Origin: Myxococcales bacterium
GTDB taxonomy: Bacteria > Myxococcota_A > Polyangia > Palsa-1104 > JAEUJZ01
Direction of reading: 5' to 3'
Assembly: GCA_016794365.1 (NCBI GenBank)
Contig: JAEUKB010000060.1
Span: 30,613 to 94,612, forward strand
Length of the DNA stretch: 64,000 nt
A program made the position numbers and the translations under genes. Shown in pieces: positions 1 to 10,706 of this stretch. A model generated the notes under the pieces. It was not told where the DNA came from, made no database searches, and saw nothing but the letters and a program-made list of their open reading frames with translations. Numbering within the stretch: the stretch's first letter is position 1; every line of letters starts with the position of its first letter.

Positions 1-1620
1 AAAGTGCTCAATCTGTCGTCGAGAATAATAGGCTGGGACCGCTTCGCGCAGCCCAACAACACAGCGCTTCGCCGACGGTGGAGCATGTCGCTGCGACTGA
101 ATCAGGATCTTCACAGAGTCGCTTTGGTGAATCACCGGATCGCCTTCGATGACCGCCGCAACCACGCCAGCCAGCGCCAGCGTCGTAATGAGCCCACCGA
201 GCGATCCCAGCCAGCGCACCGGCGACTGAAGCCCAACTGCCGACGCCAGCGCCAGCGGTGGTAGCAGCAGTCCCAGGCCACGCGGCGGCGCGAGATCTCC
301 TCCGACCCAGGTCAGAAGCGTCGCCAGCATCATCCACACCAGCAGGGGCCGTGATGCGCGTCGCATCGATCCGAGCAGCAGCCCGAACACCATCGTCACG
401 ACCACGACTTGACCGACGTGACGACCGAACCAGCTTGGACCTTGTCGCCAGACCGCGTCGAATGCCTGTCCAAAGACTCCTGGTGCGGGACGGTGAAACA
501 GCGTGCGCAGCGCTCCGCCGTGAATCGCCGACGCACCGAGCAGCAGCAGCGTTCCGCCCAGCCACATCAGCCACACACGACGCTTGCGCAGCAGGCCGCG
601 ATGGGAAATGACGCAGTCGAAAAAGCCAAACAACAGCGCAGTCAGACCGGCGCGTACGTCGAGCACTCCGGCCAGCCCAATCCCAAGCGCCGCAAACAGC
701 ATCGGCAATCGACGCAGGGGCAGCGGCGCAGGCTCGTCGGCTTGCTTGTGCATCGGCAAGATGTGTCGATCGAACTTGTGACCGTGCAGGCTGTGACTGA
801 CCAGCGCCACCGATCCTGCCGACGCCACCGCGACGAGCATATCGGGCACGATGCGATGTGACAGCTCATACGTGAGCGGCATCGCCAACAGCACCAGCCC
901 AGCCAGTCCACCGGTGTTTCGTCCGACGCCGACATCGATTGCAATGGCCAGCAAGCAGCTTGCCGCCCCGAGTGCAGCCAGCACAGGTACCAGCCGCAGC
1001 GTCGCTTCGCTCATCCCAAACAGCCGACTGAGCAGCACAAACGGAACCACTCCGAGCGGGCCTCCCGTCGGTGACGGCACACTGCGAAACGCTTCATTCC
1101 ACGGCAGCTGACCGGACAAGACTTTGCGCACCACCAGCGCGACTTCTGCGTCGATCTGCGACAGGCTGCCCGCGCCCAGATCGACAAAATACAGCGCGAT
1201 CGGCAGCAGCATTGCGATCGCCCAGCCGAGGACCAAGCCTTTGGGCACCGGCAGTGCAGCGACGGCTTGCTGAACCGTTCCGACGGGATCTCGTAGGGCA
1301 TTGGTGGTGACGCTGATGCCGCGCTCGATGCCTTCGCCGATCTTCTCCGGGAGCTTGGCTGGCAAGCTCGCCAGCTCGGCCAGTCGGCCTCGTTGTCGTT
1401 GCCTCGACACATTCTTGGCATTCGAGGGACGAGCCAACTTTCCCGTCGGTAAACGACCACTTGCTGGCAGCTTGCGTGGTCCCGAGACGGGCAGATACGA
1501 TCCCGATGTGGTGACTCCACGCCGTCGAGAACCTGAGCGTGGTCGTGAGTCAACGCCGGGCTGCGACGAAGAAATTCCGTCGTCCGATTGACCTTCAGGT
1601 CTGTCCGACTTGTCGCTCAC
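1..1620 (-). CDS. Polytopic membrane glycosyltransferase, GT39/GT83 (ArnT/PMT_2-like); partial, C-terminus runs past the window start
   Basis: My own translation of the minus strand gives one open frame from a GTG at 1620-1618 to position 1 with no stop (540 codons). It is not in the ORF track because it has no in-window stop. It contains many predicted TM helices. The segment 'LLSRLFGMSEATLRLVPVLAALGAASCLLAIAIDVGVGRNTGGLAGLVLLAMPLTYELSHRIVPDMLVAV' matches the conserved first-loop/TM region of ArnT/PMT_2 glycosyltransferases, and it follows an acidic 'IDAE' loop. The N-terminal ~100 aa are low-complexity Arg/Ser/Gly, so the true start may be internal. Same strand as rny, 17 bp downstream of its stop. 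Confidence 0.5.
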   Translation of the reverse strand, partial: MSDKSDRPEGQSDDGISSSQPGVDSRPRSGSRRRGVTTSGSYLPVSGPRKLPASGRLPTGKLARPSNAKNVSRQRQRGRLAELASLPAKLPEKIGEGIERGISVTTNALRDPVGTVQQAVAALPVPKGLVLGWAIAMLLPIALYFVDLGAGSLSQIDAEVALVVRKVLSGQLPWNEAFRSVPSPTGGPLGVVPFVLLSRLFGMSEATLRLVPVLAALGAASCLLAIAIDVGVGRNTGGLAGLVLLAMPLTYELSHRIVPDMLVAVASAGSVALVSHSLHGHKFDRHILPMHKQADEPAPLPLRRLPMLFAALGIGLAGVLDVRAGLTALLFGFFDCVISHRGLLRKRRVWLMWLGGTLLLLGASAIHGGALRTLFHRPAPGVFGQAFDAVWRQGPSWFGRHVGQVVVVTMVFGLLLGSMRRASRPLLVWMMLATLLTWVGGDLAPPRGLGLLLPPLALASAVGLQSPVRWLGSLGGLITTLALAGVVAAVIEGDPVIHQSDSVKILIQSQRHAPPSAKRCVVGLREAVPAYYSRRQIEHF

Positions 1621-1636
1621 GGCACCGATTCTAGTG

Positions 1637-3208
1637 CTAGTTGGCTACGCTGACGACGTTCAGCTCGCGAATCACGGTGACTTTGATCTGTCCGGGGAAG
1701 ACCAAGTTGTCGCTGATTTTTTGCGCCAGCTCCGACGCCATCAGGGCTGCGCGAAGATCGTCCACCTGGTTTTCTCTGACGTGGATGCGCAGCTCGCGAC
1801 CGGCTTGAAGCGCGTAGCAGCGATCGACGCCTTGCGCACCGAGCGCCAGCTTTTCCAGATCGTCGATGCGCTGAATGTGACTGCCTTCTTGTTCGTGACG
1901 TGCGCCGGGACGACCGCCGCTCATTGCATCGGATGCAGCGACGATCAGCGCGTACGGAGAATTGAACGGCTCGTCGAGGTGATGTGCGCCAATGGCGTTC
2001 GCCACCATCTCGGACTCTCCCAGTCGTCGAGCATAGTCAGCCCCGATGACTGCGTGACTTCCGTCGATGGCATGCGTCAGCGACTTGCCAATGTCATGCA
2101 TCAGCGCGGCCCGTCGAGCAATCTTCATATCCAGTCGCAGCTCTGCCGCGAGCATTCCACACAAGAACGCTGACTCGACGGCATGCTTCCACTGGTTTTG
2201 ACTGTACGACGTGCGGTAGTTCAGCCGACCGACGAGACGCACGATATCGGGATGCGCGCGCGGGATCTCTAGCTCTTTGAATGCCCGACGACCAAGCTCG
2301 ACAGTTTCGCGATCCAGATCTTCGGACAGTCCCGTGGCCATTCGTCGAACCGAATCGGGCTCGCTGCGGCTTCCCATCTTGATCAGACGCGCCAGCGTCC
2401 GACGAGCGATTTCACGACCGAAGCTGTCTTGTCCTTCGAGCCGAACCGCGCTTCTGTCGTCGCTGATCGTGAGCTTGATATTGGCCACTTCACCGATCAC
2501 CGCCATCACGTCGGCTCCGTCGCCAAATACACGATCGATGATCTCGGTTGGAATCGGCAGCGTCGATAACAGTCGCTCCGTCAGATAGTGACCTTCGTAG
2601 CGCTGGCTCGTCACCTCGAGCAGCCGACGCGCGCGTCCCGCGACTTCTGCGCTGTTCTGACCTTGCTCGAGCTGACGGACGCGATCGGCACCGGCAGCGC
2701 GCGCTTGCTCGGTCCATTCCAAGATCAGACGCGCTTTGGCGTCGGCAAAGGTCTCTCCAGCTTGCTTCTGAAGCTGCTCACTGGTTTGCTGAATCAGCGA
2801 CGAGCGACGATCTTGCGCAGCCTTCTGTCTTGCCGCAAGCGTTGTCAGGTTTCGCTCTCGCTCGACGAGCATGGCGATCTTGGCTTCGATCTGCTGTTCC
2901 GTGCGCTGTAGCGTCTGATCCCACGACGCAATTTGTTGCTGGCCTCGCTTGAGCAGCTCTCGTCGCTGTTGCAGGTCACGTTCCCCTTGCTGCTGACGCC
3001 GTAGCTTCTGTTCTGCCGCGTCGCTGCGAGCCTGCGTAAGCTGCCGTTCTGCGTTCGTGCGTGCCTCATCAACGATCTCGGCTGCGCGCTCTTTGGTCTG
3101 CTGCAGCAGACGATTCCACTCGGCGAGCCGCTGGCTGCGCAACATCACACAGACCGCCGCACCGAGCACTAGCGACAAACAGACGAAAAGTGGCGTCACA
3201 ATTTGCAA
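1637..3208 (-). CDS. rny: Ribonuclease Y (N-terminal TM helix, coiled coil, KH domain, HD domain)
   Basis: 523 aa. N-terminal hydrophobic anchor 'IVTPLFVCLSLVLGAAVCV'. Long coiled-coil region rich in Gln/Arg/Glu. KH-like segment 'GEVANIKLTISDDRSAVRLEGQDSFGREIARR'. HD motif 'ALMHDIGK'. Architecture is diagnostic for RNase Y. Confidence 0.9.
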   Translation of the reverse strand: MQIVTPLFVCLSLVLGAAVCVMLRSQRLAEWNRLLQQTKERAAEIVDEARTNAERQLTQARSDAAEQKLRRQQQGERDLQQRRELLKRGQQQIASWDQTLQRTEQQIEAKIAMLVERERNLTTLAARQKAAQDRRSSLIQQTSEQLQKQAGETFADAKARLILEWTEQARAAGADRVRQLEQGQNSAEVAGRARRLLEVTSQRYEGHYLTERLLSTLPIPTEIIDRVFGDGADVMAVIGEVANIKLTISDDRSAVRLEGQDSFGREIARRTLARLIKMGSRSEPDSVRRMATGLSEDLDRETVELGRRAFKELEIPRAHPDIVRLVGRLNYRTSYSQNQWKHAVESAFLCGMLAAELRLDMKIARRAALMHDIGKSLTHAIDGSHAVIGADYARRLGESEMVANAIGAHHLDEPFNSPYALIVAASDAMSGGRPGARHEQEGSHIQRIDDLEKLALGAQGVDRCYALQAGRELRIHVRENQVDDLRAALMASELAQKISDNLVFPGQIKVTVIRELNVVSVAN

Positions 3209-3286
3209 TCTTTGCCGTCGATTGGCTGAACCGTCAAGCGCACGTTCCGCAAGCTACGCGGTTTCAGTTCTTACCTTGACGTGTAG

Positions 3287-4978
<1,692 letters not shown>

Positions 4979-5000
4979 TCGAGCGCGGCGCGCAGGCTCG

Positions 5001-7559
5001 TCAGTGAAACGTCACGCTCGACTGAGCCTTCGTCAGCTTGATGCTGAGCGTGCCACCGTGAGCGGTAGACCAAGTCCAGCCGCTGCTCTGTGCGTCGAGA
5101 TCCGGGCTGTTTGCGACGCGACGAAGGATCTCTTGTGCAGCTTGAACTTGCTTGGGCTCGACGGGAAGCGGGCTGATCTGAAGCACCATTCCGCTTGAAA
5201 AGACCGATCCTGCCGTCGCTGAAACAGTCTGCGTTTCTGGGTCATAGCCAAGTCGTGTTCCGTCGTAGACCACAAACTGCGCGGGCTTTTCACCGGGCGC
5301 AATCGCAACCCACAGAAGACCTGGCTGATTGGTAAACGAATCGACGCTGGGATCAGTTGCAGGCGACAGCGTATCGATGGTCGGACGCAGCATCGGAATG
5401 ATCGCTCCGGCGCGGACAAACAGCGGCAGCTTGTGCAGCGGCGCTGCCACATCGACGGTGCGCTCGGTCTGACCGACGAAGACTTCGCCACTCCAGAAAT
5501 CGATCCAGGTTCCCGGCGGAAACAGGACGCTGCGCTGTACGGCTCCGCGTGTCACGACGGGCGCAACCAGCAGATCGTCGCCAAACAGATACTCGTCGCT
5601 CGGATGTGACTTCAGACGAGGATAGGCCAGTCCCAGCGGACGCTGAATCGGTCGTCCCGTCTGAGCCAGCGACTCTGCGAGCGTCCACTCATACGGAAAC
5701 AGTCGCAGGTGCAGGCGCGCAAACTCGCGATACAGATCGAGCGTCTGCGTGTCCCGTCCATTCTTCGACGTAAACTCCCAGGGCGGCTGGCTGCTTGCGT
5801 CTCCAACCTGCATCACCGACGAAAGCGCGGTCTGCTGAAACCAGCGAATGTACAGCTCTTTGTCGGGTGGACTGTGACGGTAACCACCAGTATCGGAGCC
5901 GAAGAACGGGAAGCCGGACACGCCGAGGTTGAGGCCCATGACCACCGTCGCGGGTAAGCCTCCGACGCCGAGGACCGTTTTGCCGTCGCCGCTCGTTATG
6001 CTCTCTCGATAGCGGGTAAAGGTTGCGTCCATATCGCCGGGCCAGATGACCGAGACATGTCGCTGATCGCCGAAGCGTCCGGTGCGACACAGCAGGAATC
6101 CGCCGCTGGGTGGCAAAAGCTCCGCGTAGGTTCGGTGATAGAGCAACTGATAGCCGTAATGCATCGTTCGCTCGTCACTGCCATCGAAAAATCGCCAGCC
6201 TGTGCGCGCGCTTCCCAGCCCGACCATCACGTCTTCGCCGTAGTCGAGCTTGAAGCCTTCGATTCCCAGCTTGATGTAGCGTCCGACGCGGTCTTTCCAC
6301 AGCGCGACGGACGCTGGGTTGGTAAAGTCGATCGGCTCGCTCCAGCGATTGAGCAGCACGCCCGTCGATTTGGGAAACAGTCCGCGCTGCGTGGCCTCGG
6401 CCAGGTCGGGACTTCCCGGTTCCAGATACGGAGCATGCCACAGCGCCAGCCGCAGACCCGCCGCGTGAACCTTGGCGATCATCGTCGCTGGATCAGGAAA
6501 GCGCGCGGCTTCAAAGTCGAAGCTGTTGACGAAGCTGGCATACGGACGGTCGATCCAGATCGCGCTCGTCGCCAAGTCCAGGTCGCGGATCTTGCGAATG
6601 TCGTCGAGAACCTGCGCTTGATCCTTGTTTTCGTTGCGCCAAATCCACGGTCCCAGCGCCCACTTGGCGGGCTTTAGCGGCTGTCCGGTGACCTCGTAAT
6701 AGCGTCCCGTGATGTCGATGGGCTCATCGGCAGTGAGCAAGTGAAAGCGCAGGCCGCTGGCGCTGTCTGCGCCGGTTCCAAACGTGGTTTCCAAAAGGTC
6801 CGGCTGCTTGTTGGCGACGGCAAAGACACCGGGACGACGGCTTTCGACAAACAAGCCCCAGCCGCGTGTGCCAATGAGCAGCGGAATCGGTACGCGCAGC
6901 TCGTTGCTCTTGGACTCGAGCACATCGATTTCTTGCTGCATCGGACGGACCTTGCCGCGATGGTTGACCTCGTCGGCAAAGCCGCCTAACCCGTAAAATG
7001 CTTCGCTGCCATCGACGCGCGGGCGTAGGCGAAGGTAGGCGACGGGGCGCTCGCTGCGCACCTTGGGTGACAAGGTGGCGACAAAGCGACCGGGACCACT
7101 GCGCTCGATGTGTAAGCTGGCAAGCTGTCCGTCGCTGAGCGTGATCGCCAGGTCAAACTCGGTGTCGCTTTGGGCTGCGATCTGGACCGATTCGGCGCGA
7201 TGCCAGATCAAGTCGGGAGGCTCACCAGCAGAGAGCACATCGTCGCCATATTCCAGCCAGTACGGATCGAAGCTGGCGCGCTCATCGAGTGCTGCGACGG
7301 TTGCGACCTGCCATGCGTCCGTCGGAAAGCGCAGCAGCTCTGTCTCGTTGTGCAAGAGCCGCAGTGTGGTCGTCGCTGGCTCAAACGTAACGGCGTAGTC
7401 TCCGTCGATGATCCGAACCGGCTCAGCAGCCTGATCGCCGCAGCCTAGAAGTCCGACCAACGTCAGTCCAAGCAAGCTGGGAACCCGCGCGCGCGATTGC
7501 GGTCTGATGGGCAAGACAGGATGGATCGGGCCGTGTGGTGCGAGGTGCGAGCGATTCAT
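5001..7559 (-). CDS. Glycoside hydrolase family 31 (alpha-glucosidase/alpha-xylosidase-like), secreted/lipoprotein
   Basis: 852 aa. Signal/lipobox-like 'LLGLTLVGLLGCGDQ'. GH31-like catalytic region 'WIDRPYASFVNSFDFEAARFPDPATMIAKVHAAGLRLALWHAPY' and 'GFKLDYGED' (compare YicI 'FKTDFGE'). Confidence 0.8.
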   Translation of the reverse strand: MNRSHLAPHGPIHPVLPIRPQSRARVPSLLGLTLVGLLGCGDQAAEPVRIIDGDYAVTFEPATTTLRLLHNETELLRFPTDAWQVATVAALDERASFDPYWLEYGDDVLSAGEPPDLIWHRAESVQIAAQSDTEFDLAITLSDGQLASLHIERSGPGRFVATLSPKVRSERPVAYLRLRPRVDGSEAFYGLGGFADEVNHRGKVRPMQQEIDVLESKSNELRVPIPLLIGTRGWGLFVESRRPGVFAVANKQPDLLETTFGTGADSASGLRFHLLTADEPIDITGRYYEVTGQPLKPAKWALGPWIWRNENKDQAQVLDDIRKIRDLDLATSAIWIDRPYASFVNSFDFEAARFPDPATMIAKVHAAGLRLALWHAPYLEPGSPDLAEATQRGLFPKSTGVLLNRWSEPIDFTNPASVALWKDRVGRYIKLGIEGFKLDYGEDVMVGLGSARTGWRFFDGSDERTMHYGYQLLYHRTYAELLPPSGGFLLCRTGRFGDQRHVSVIWPGDMDATFTRYRESITSGDGKTVLGVGGLPATVVMGLNLGVSGFPFFGSDTGGYRHSPPDKELYIRWFQQTALSSVMQVGDASSQPPWEFTSKNGRDTQTLDLYREFARLHLRLFPYEWTLAESLAQTGRPIQRPLGLAYPRLKSHPSDEYLFGDDLLVAPVVTRGAVQRSVLFPPGTWIDFWSGEVFVGQTERTVDVAAPLHKLPLFVRAGAIIPMLRPTIDTLSPATDPSVDSFTNQPGLLWVAIAPGEKPAQFVVYDGTRLGYDPETQTVSATAGSVFSSGMVLQISPLPVEPKQVQAAQEILRRVANSPDLDAQSSGWTWSTAHGGTLSIKLTKAQSSVTFH

Positions 7560-7606
7560 GCGCGCAGCAAACCACGACCGCCAGGGCCTATGAAAGGTTG
7601 TGTACT

Positions 7607-9829
7607 ATGGGAAGTAAGATTCAACGAGGAGCCTCTGTGATTGGGAAGTCTCGTATACAGGTCGTTTCGCTTGGGCTTGGACTGCTCGGTCTGTCGGCGT
7701 GTGCGACGCCGGTGAAGCTGGTTCACGATGCGGCGATCTTGCCGCTGCGCTCGGTGCGACTGTATGAAACCGGCATTGGCTACTTCGAGCGAGCAGGCAC
7801 GTTGGGATCGCGCGCGACGGTGCTGCCGGTTCCGGCGGGACACATCGACGATGCGCTCAAGACCCTGGTGGTGCTGTCGCGGGATCAAAAGACGCGCGTT
7901 CACGGTCTGGAGTTTGCGAGCAGCGTCAGCCCCGGAATGGGTCGCGCGCTGGCTGGGCTGGCTCCTTCCGTCGATGAGCCGATGGACTTTCAGAGCCTGC
8001 TGCGCACCTGCAAAGGCGGTGAAGTCGAGGTTCGCGTCGGGAATCAGCTTGTCAGCGGACGGCTCATCGACATCGTCGGAAAGCCGTCAGAGCCAGCGCC
8101 ATCGTCGAAAAGTGACGCTGAAGACGCCAAAGCCCAAGACAAATCGCCCGTTTCTGTCATCGCAGAGCATGCGCTGCTGCTCTTGTCGAACGCGGGTGAG
8201 CTGCTGCGACTGCCGATGCGTCAAGTATCGTCGGTAAGACCGCTGGATCCGTCGTTTGCGCCTCGGCTGCGGACGGCGCTGGATGCCACGTCGCAGCGTA
8301 GCGCCAATGCACAGCGACTGATTCGACTGCTCAGCCGCGACGGTGGACCCGTTACGATTGGTTACGTCGCAGAGTCGCCGCTGTGGCGCGTGACGTATCG
8401 CTTGGTCGTCAGCGACAGTGGTCGCGGCGGGGTGCTGCAAGGCTGGGCGCTGATTCACAACGATACCGACGAAGATTGGCAAAACGTCCAGGTTCACTTG
8501 GTCAACGGGCGTCCTGATTCGTTTCTGTTTCCACTGGCTGCACCGCGTTATTCCCGACGGACGCTTATCACGCCAGACAATCAGCTTTCGACGGTGCCGC
8601 AGCTTTTGGGTCGCAGTCCCGATCAAATGTGGGGCGATCACGTCGGAGACAGCTTCGGCGAAGGCGGACTTGGTCTGTCTGGCGTCGGAATGGGCGGTGG
8701 CGGAACTGGCGAAGGCACGATTGGACTCGGCTCGATTGGCACGATCGGACATGGCTCTGGTTCGGGGACTGGCTCGGGCACTGGGTCCAGCTCGCTGCTG
8801 CAAGTGGGCAACCTAGCTGCCGTCGCCAAGTCGAGTGGTGTCGAGGCTGGCGCGCTGTTTACCTATTCCTTGGGGGAACCGCTGGAGCTGCGCGCGCATG
8901 GCTCGGCGCTGGTTCCGTTTGTGCAAGAAGCGCTGGAAGTCGAAACCATTACGTTTTTGTCGGCGCCGGGAGAGTCCGCGCGGAGCGGTCTGCGGCTGCA
9001 AAACTCGACGAGACAGACGCTTCCGGGGGGAACGCTGGCGGTGCTGGGCGACGGAGGACTGCTCGGTGAGTCGGCGCTGGAGCGGCTCAAGCCCGGTGAG
9101 CGACGCTTCATTCAGTACGGCGTCGAGCTGGATGTCGAAGCGACGCGGGTGAAGCAGACGCAAAAAGAAGAGCCACAGCGATTGACCTTTGATCGCGATA
9201 CGCTCGAAGAACACTTTCTGCGACGGCGCGATCTGCTGCTGCGGGTCGAAAATCGCAGTGGTCAGGCGCGACAGCTGTATCTGGGGCTGGGACTGCTGGC
9301 GAACTCGCAGGTGCAGGGCGCGGATCGGCTGGACTTTGACTCGGAAAAGTCGTCGCCGGTTGCGATCTTTGAGCTGGCTCCGCAGAGCCGGGCAGAGCGA
9401 CCGCTGACGACGATTGAAGGGCTGGCGCGTCGGTCGGATCTGCGTGCGATTCAAGCGAGTCGGCTACAGCAGCTTTCGACGGCAAGCAGTGTTCCGCCCG
9501 CTGAGCGAGCGATCTTGAGCGAAGCGTATCAGCGCCAGAAAGAGCTAGAAGACGCGAGCAAGGAAGCCGAAAAGGTCCGAGCGGAGCTAAAAAAGACCGA
9601 AAAAGAGCTGGAGCGACTGCAAGAGCACCTCAAAGCGCTCGGCAAAGACAGCGGGGCAGGGCCCGATGGCAATCCGCTGGTGCGGCGAATGCTGGAGTCT
9701 GAAGATCGACTCTCGACGGCGCAGAAGCGGCTGGAAGGAATCGATGCGGATCTGGAACGGCGACGAGATCTGGTGCGGAAAGTGCTAGAGCGTCTGCCCA
9801 AGAGCAAAGACAAAGCGGGCGGATCGTAG
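7607..9829 (+). CDS. DUF4140/DUF4139-family (MuiA-like) lipoprotein with Gly-rich linker and C-terminal coiled coil
   Basis: Start at ATG 7607 gives 'MGSKIQRG...LGLGLLGLSACATP' (signal plus lipobox). The N-terminal 'VRLYETGIGYFERAGTL...TVLPVPAGHIDDALKTLVVL' resembles the DUF4140 N-domain. Gly-rich tract 'GEGGLGLSGVGMGGGGTGEGTIGLGSIGTIGHGSGSGTGSGTG'. The last ~150 aa are Glu/Lys/Arg/Leu-rich coiled coil. Confidence 0.5.
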   Translation: MGSKIQRGASVIGKSRIQVVSLGLGLLGLSACATPVKLVHDAAILPLRSVRLYETGIGYFERAGTLGSRATVLPVPAGHIDDALKTLVVLSRDQKTRVHGLEFASSVSPGMGRALAGLAPSVDEPMDFQSLLRTCKGGEVEVRVGNQLVSGRLIDIVGKPSEPAPSSKSDAEDAKAQDKSPVSVIAEHALLLLSNAGELLRLPMRQVSSVRPLDPSFAPRLRTALDATSQRSANAQRLIRLLSRDGGPVTIGYVAESPLWRVTYRLVVSDSGRGGVLQGWALIHNDTDEDWQNVQVHLVNGRPDSFLFPLAAPRYSRRTLITPDNQLSTVPQLLGRSPDQMWGDHVGDSFGEGGLGLSGVGMGGGGTGEGTIGLGSIGTIGHGSGSGTGSGTGSSSLLQVGNLAAVAKSSGVEAGALFTYSLGEPLELRAHGSALVPFVQEALEVETITFLSAPGESARSGLRLQNSTRQTLPGGTLAVLGDGGLLGESALERLKPGERRFIQYGVELDVEATRVKQTQKEEPQRLTFDRDTLEEHFLRRRDLLLRVENRSGQARQLYLGLGLLANSQVQGADRLDFDSEKSSPVAIFELAPQSRAERPLTTIEGLARRSDLRAIQASRLQQLSTASSVPPAERAILSEAYQRQKELEDASKEAEKVRAELKKTEKELERLQEHLKALGKDSGAGPDGNPLVRRMLESEDRLSTAQKRLEGIDADLERRRDLVRKVLERLPKSKDKAGGS

Positions 9830-9857
9830 CGTCAGCGAGCGCTCAAGCGGTCAGGGA

Positions 9858-10592
9858 TCAGCGACGTACGCGACCTTGGTTATCGACTTGTGCGTCGATG
9901 CCCAGCTCGTCAATGACGCGCTCGACGGCGGTTCGGTCTGATACGCACAGTCCCGCGTCCGCCATGCCTTCCACGATGCGGATCTTGATGCGACGGCTCT
10001 CTTCGGCTTTGTTGAGCAGCAGTCGCGTGAGCGGCTCGGCCACGACCTCTTGCTGACCTTGATGAAGCAGCGCTTCGACCGCTTTGAAGCGCACACCCTC
10101 GTCGATGTCTTCCAGGTATGGCAGCAGTAGCTCGGCGATCGCTGGATCGCGATGTTCACCCATGAAGTGAACGAGCTGCGTTTTTTTGCCGGGATCGCGC
10201 ACGTAGCTGTTGTCGTTTTGCTGACACAGTGCGCGCAGCGTCTCGCGGAAATCGTCACCTTTGGCGGTCTGCTCCAGCACCTTGAGCGCCCAGCCGAGCG
10301 TGTCGCTTTCCTTCATGTACTTGCGCAGCGCTGGCAGGACCTTGGTCCCCATCGCGACCAGCTCGTGGTAAATCCACTCTTTTTCTTGCTCGTCCTCGAT
10401 GGTCTTGTCGTAGACGAAGCTAAAGCGGCGCAAAAGGCCAATGATGGCTTCTTGGCTGCCATCGTCGCGGAGCAGCTCCAGCGCACGAAAGCGATCGGGG
10501 GACTGCGCGTGCTTGTCGCTCGCGCGCTGAATCATCTTCTGAAGGTTGCGGGCTTGCCGCCCTTCTTTGGTGAAAAAGTCTGCCAGGCCCAA
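9858..10592 (-). CDS. HEAT/ARM-repeat protein, hypothetical
   Basis: 244 aa. Repeated alpha-helical units with Leu/Ala/Glu periodicity typical of HEAT repeats ('IIGLLRRFSFVYDK...', 'PALRKYMKESDTLGWALKVLEQ', 'IAELLLPYLEDIDEGVRFKAVEALL'). Balanced composition, unlike the antisense ORFs around it. Confidence 0.55.
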   Translation of the reverse strand: MGLADFFTKEGRQARNLQKMIQRASDKHAQSPDRFRALELLRDDGSQEAIIGLLRRFSFVYDKTIEDEQEKEWIYHELVAMGTKVLPALRKYMKESDTLGWALKVLEQTAKGDDFRETLRALCQQNDNSYVRDPGKKTQLVHFMGEHRDPAIAELLLPYLEDIDEGVRFKAVEALLHQGQQEVVAEPLTRLLLNKAEESRRIKIRIVEGMADAGLCVSDRTAVERVIDELGIDAQVDNQGRVRR

Positions 10593-10706
10593 AGTCAGTA
10601 CCTCGTTGCTCTACCAGATAAGACCGCACCGCTTATTGCGCTAGGGCGCGGGCCACTTTTTATGGGGATTTGACCGCGTACTTAGTACGCAGCGTCGAGA
10701 ACGTCG

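Noticed and set aside
8087-9454. Minus-strand ORFs of 238 and 213 aa inside the DUF4139-family gene
   Set aside because: Antisense to a gene with a signal peptide, Gly-rich linker and coiled coil. Arg/Gln-rich shadow frames.
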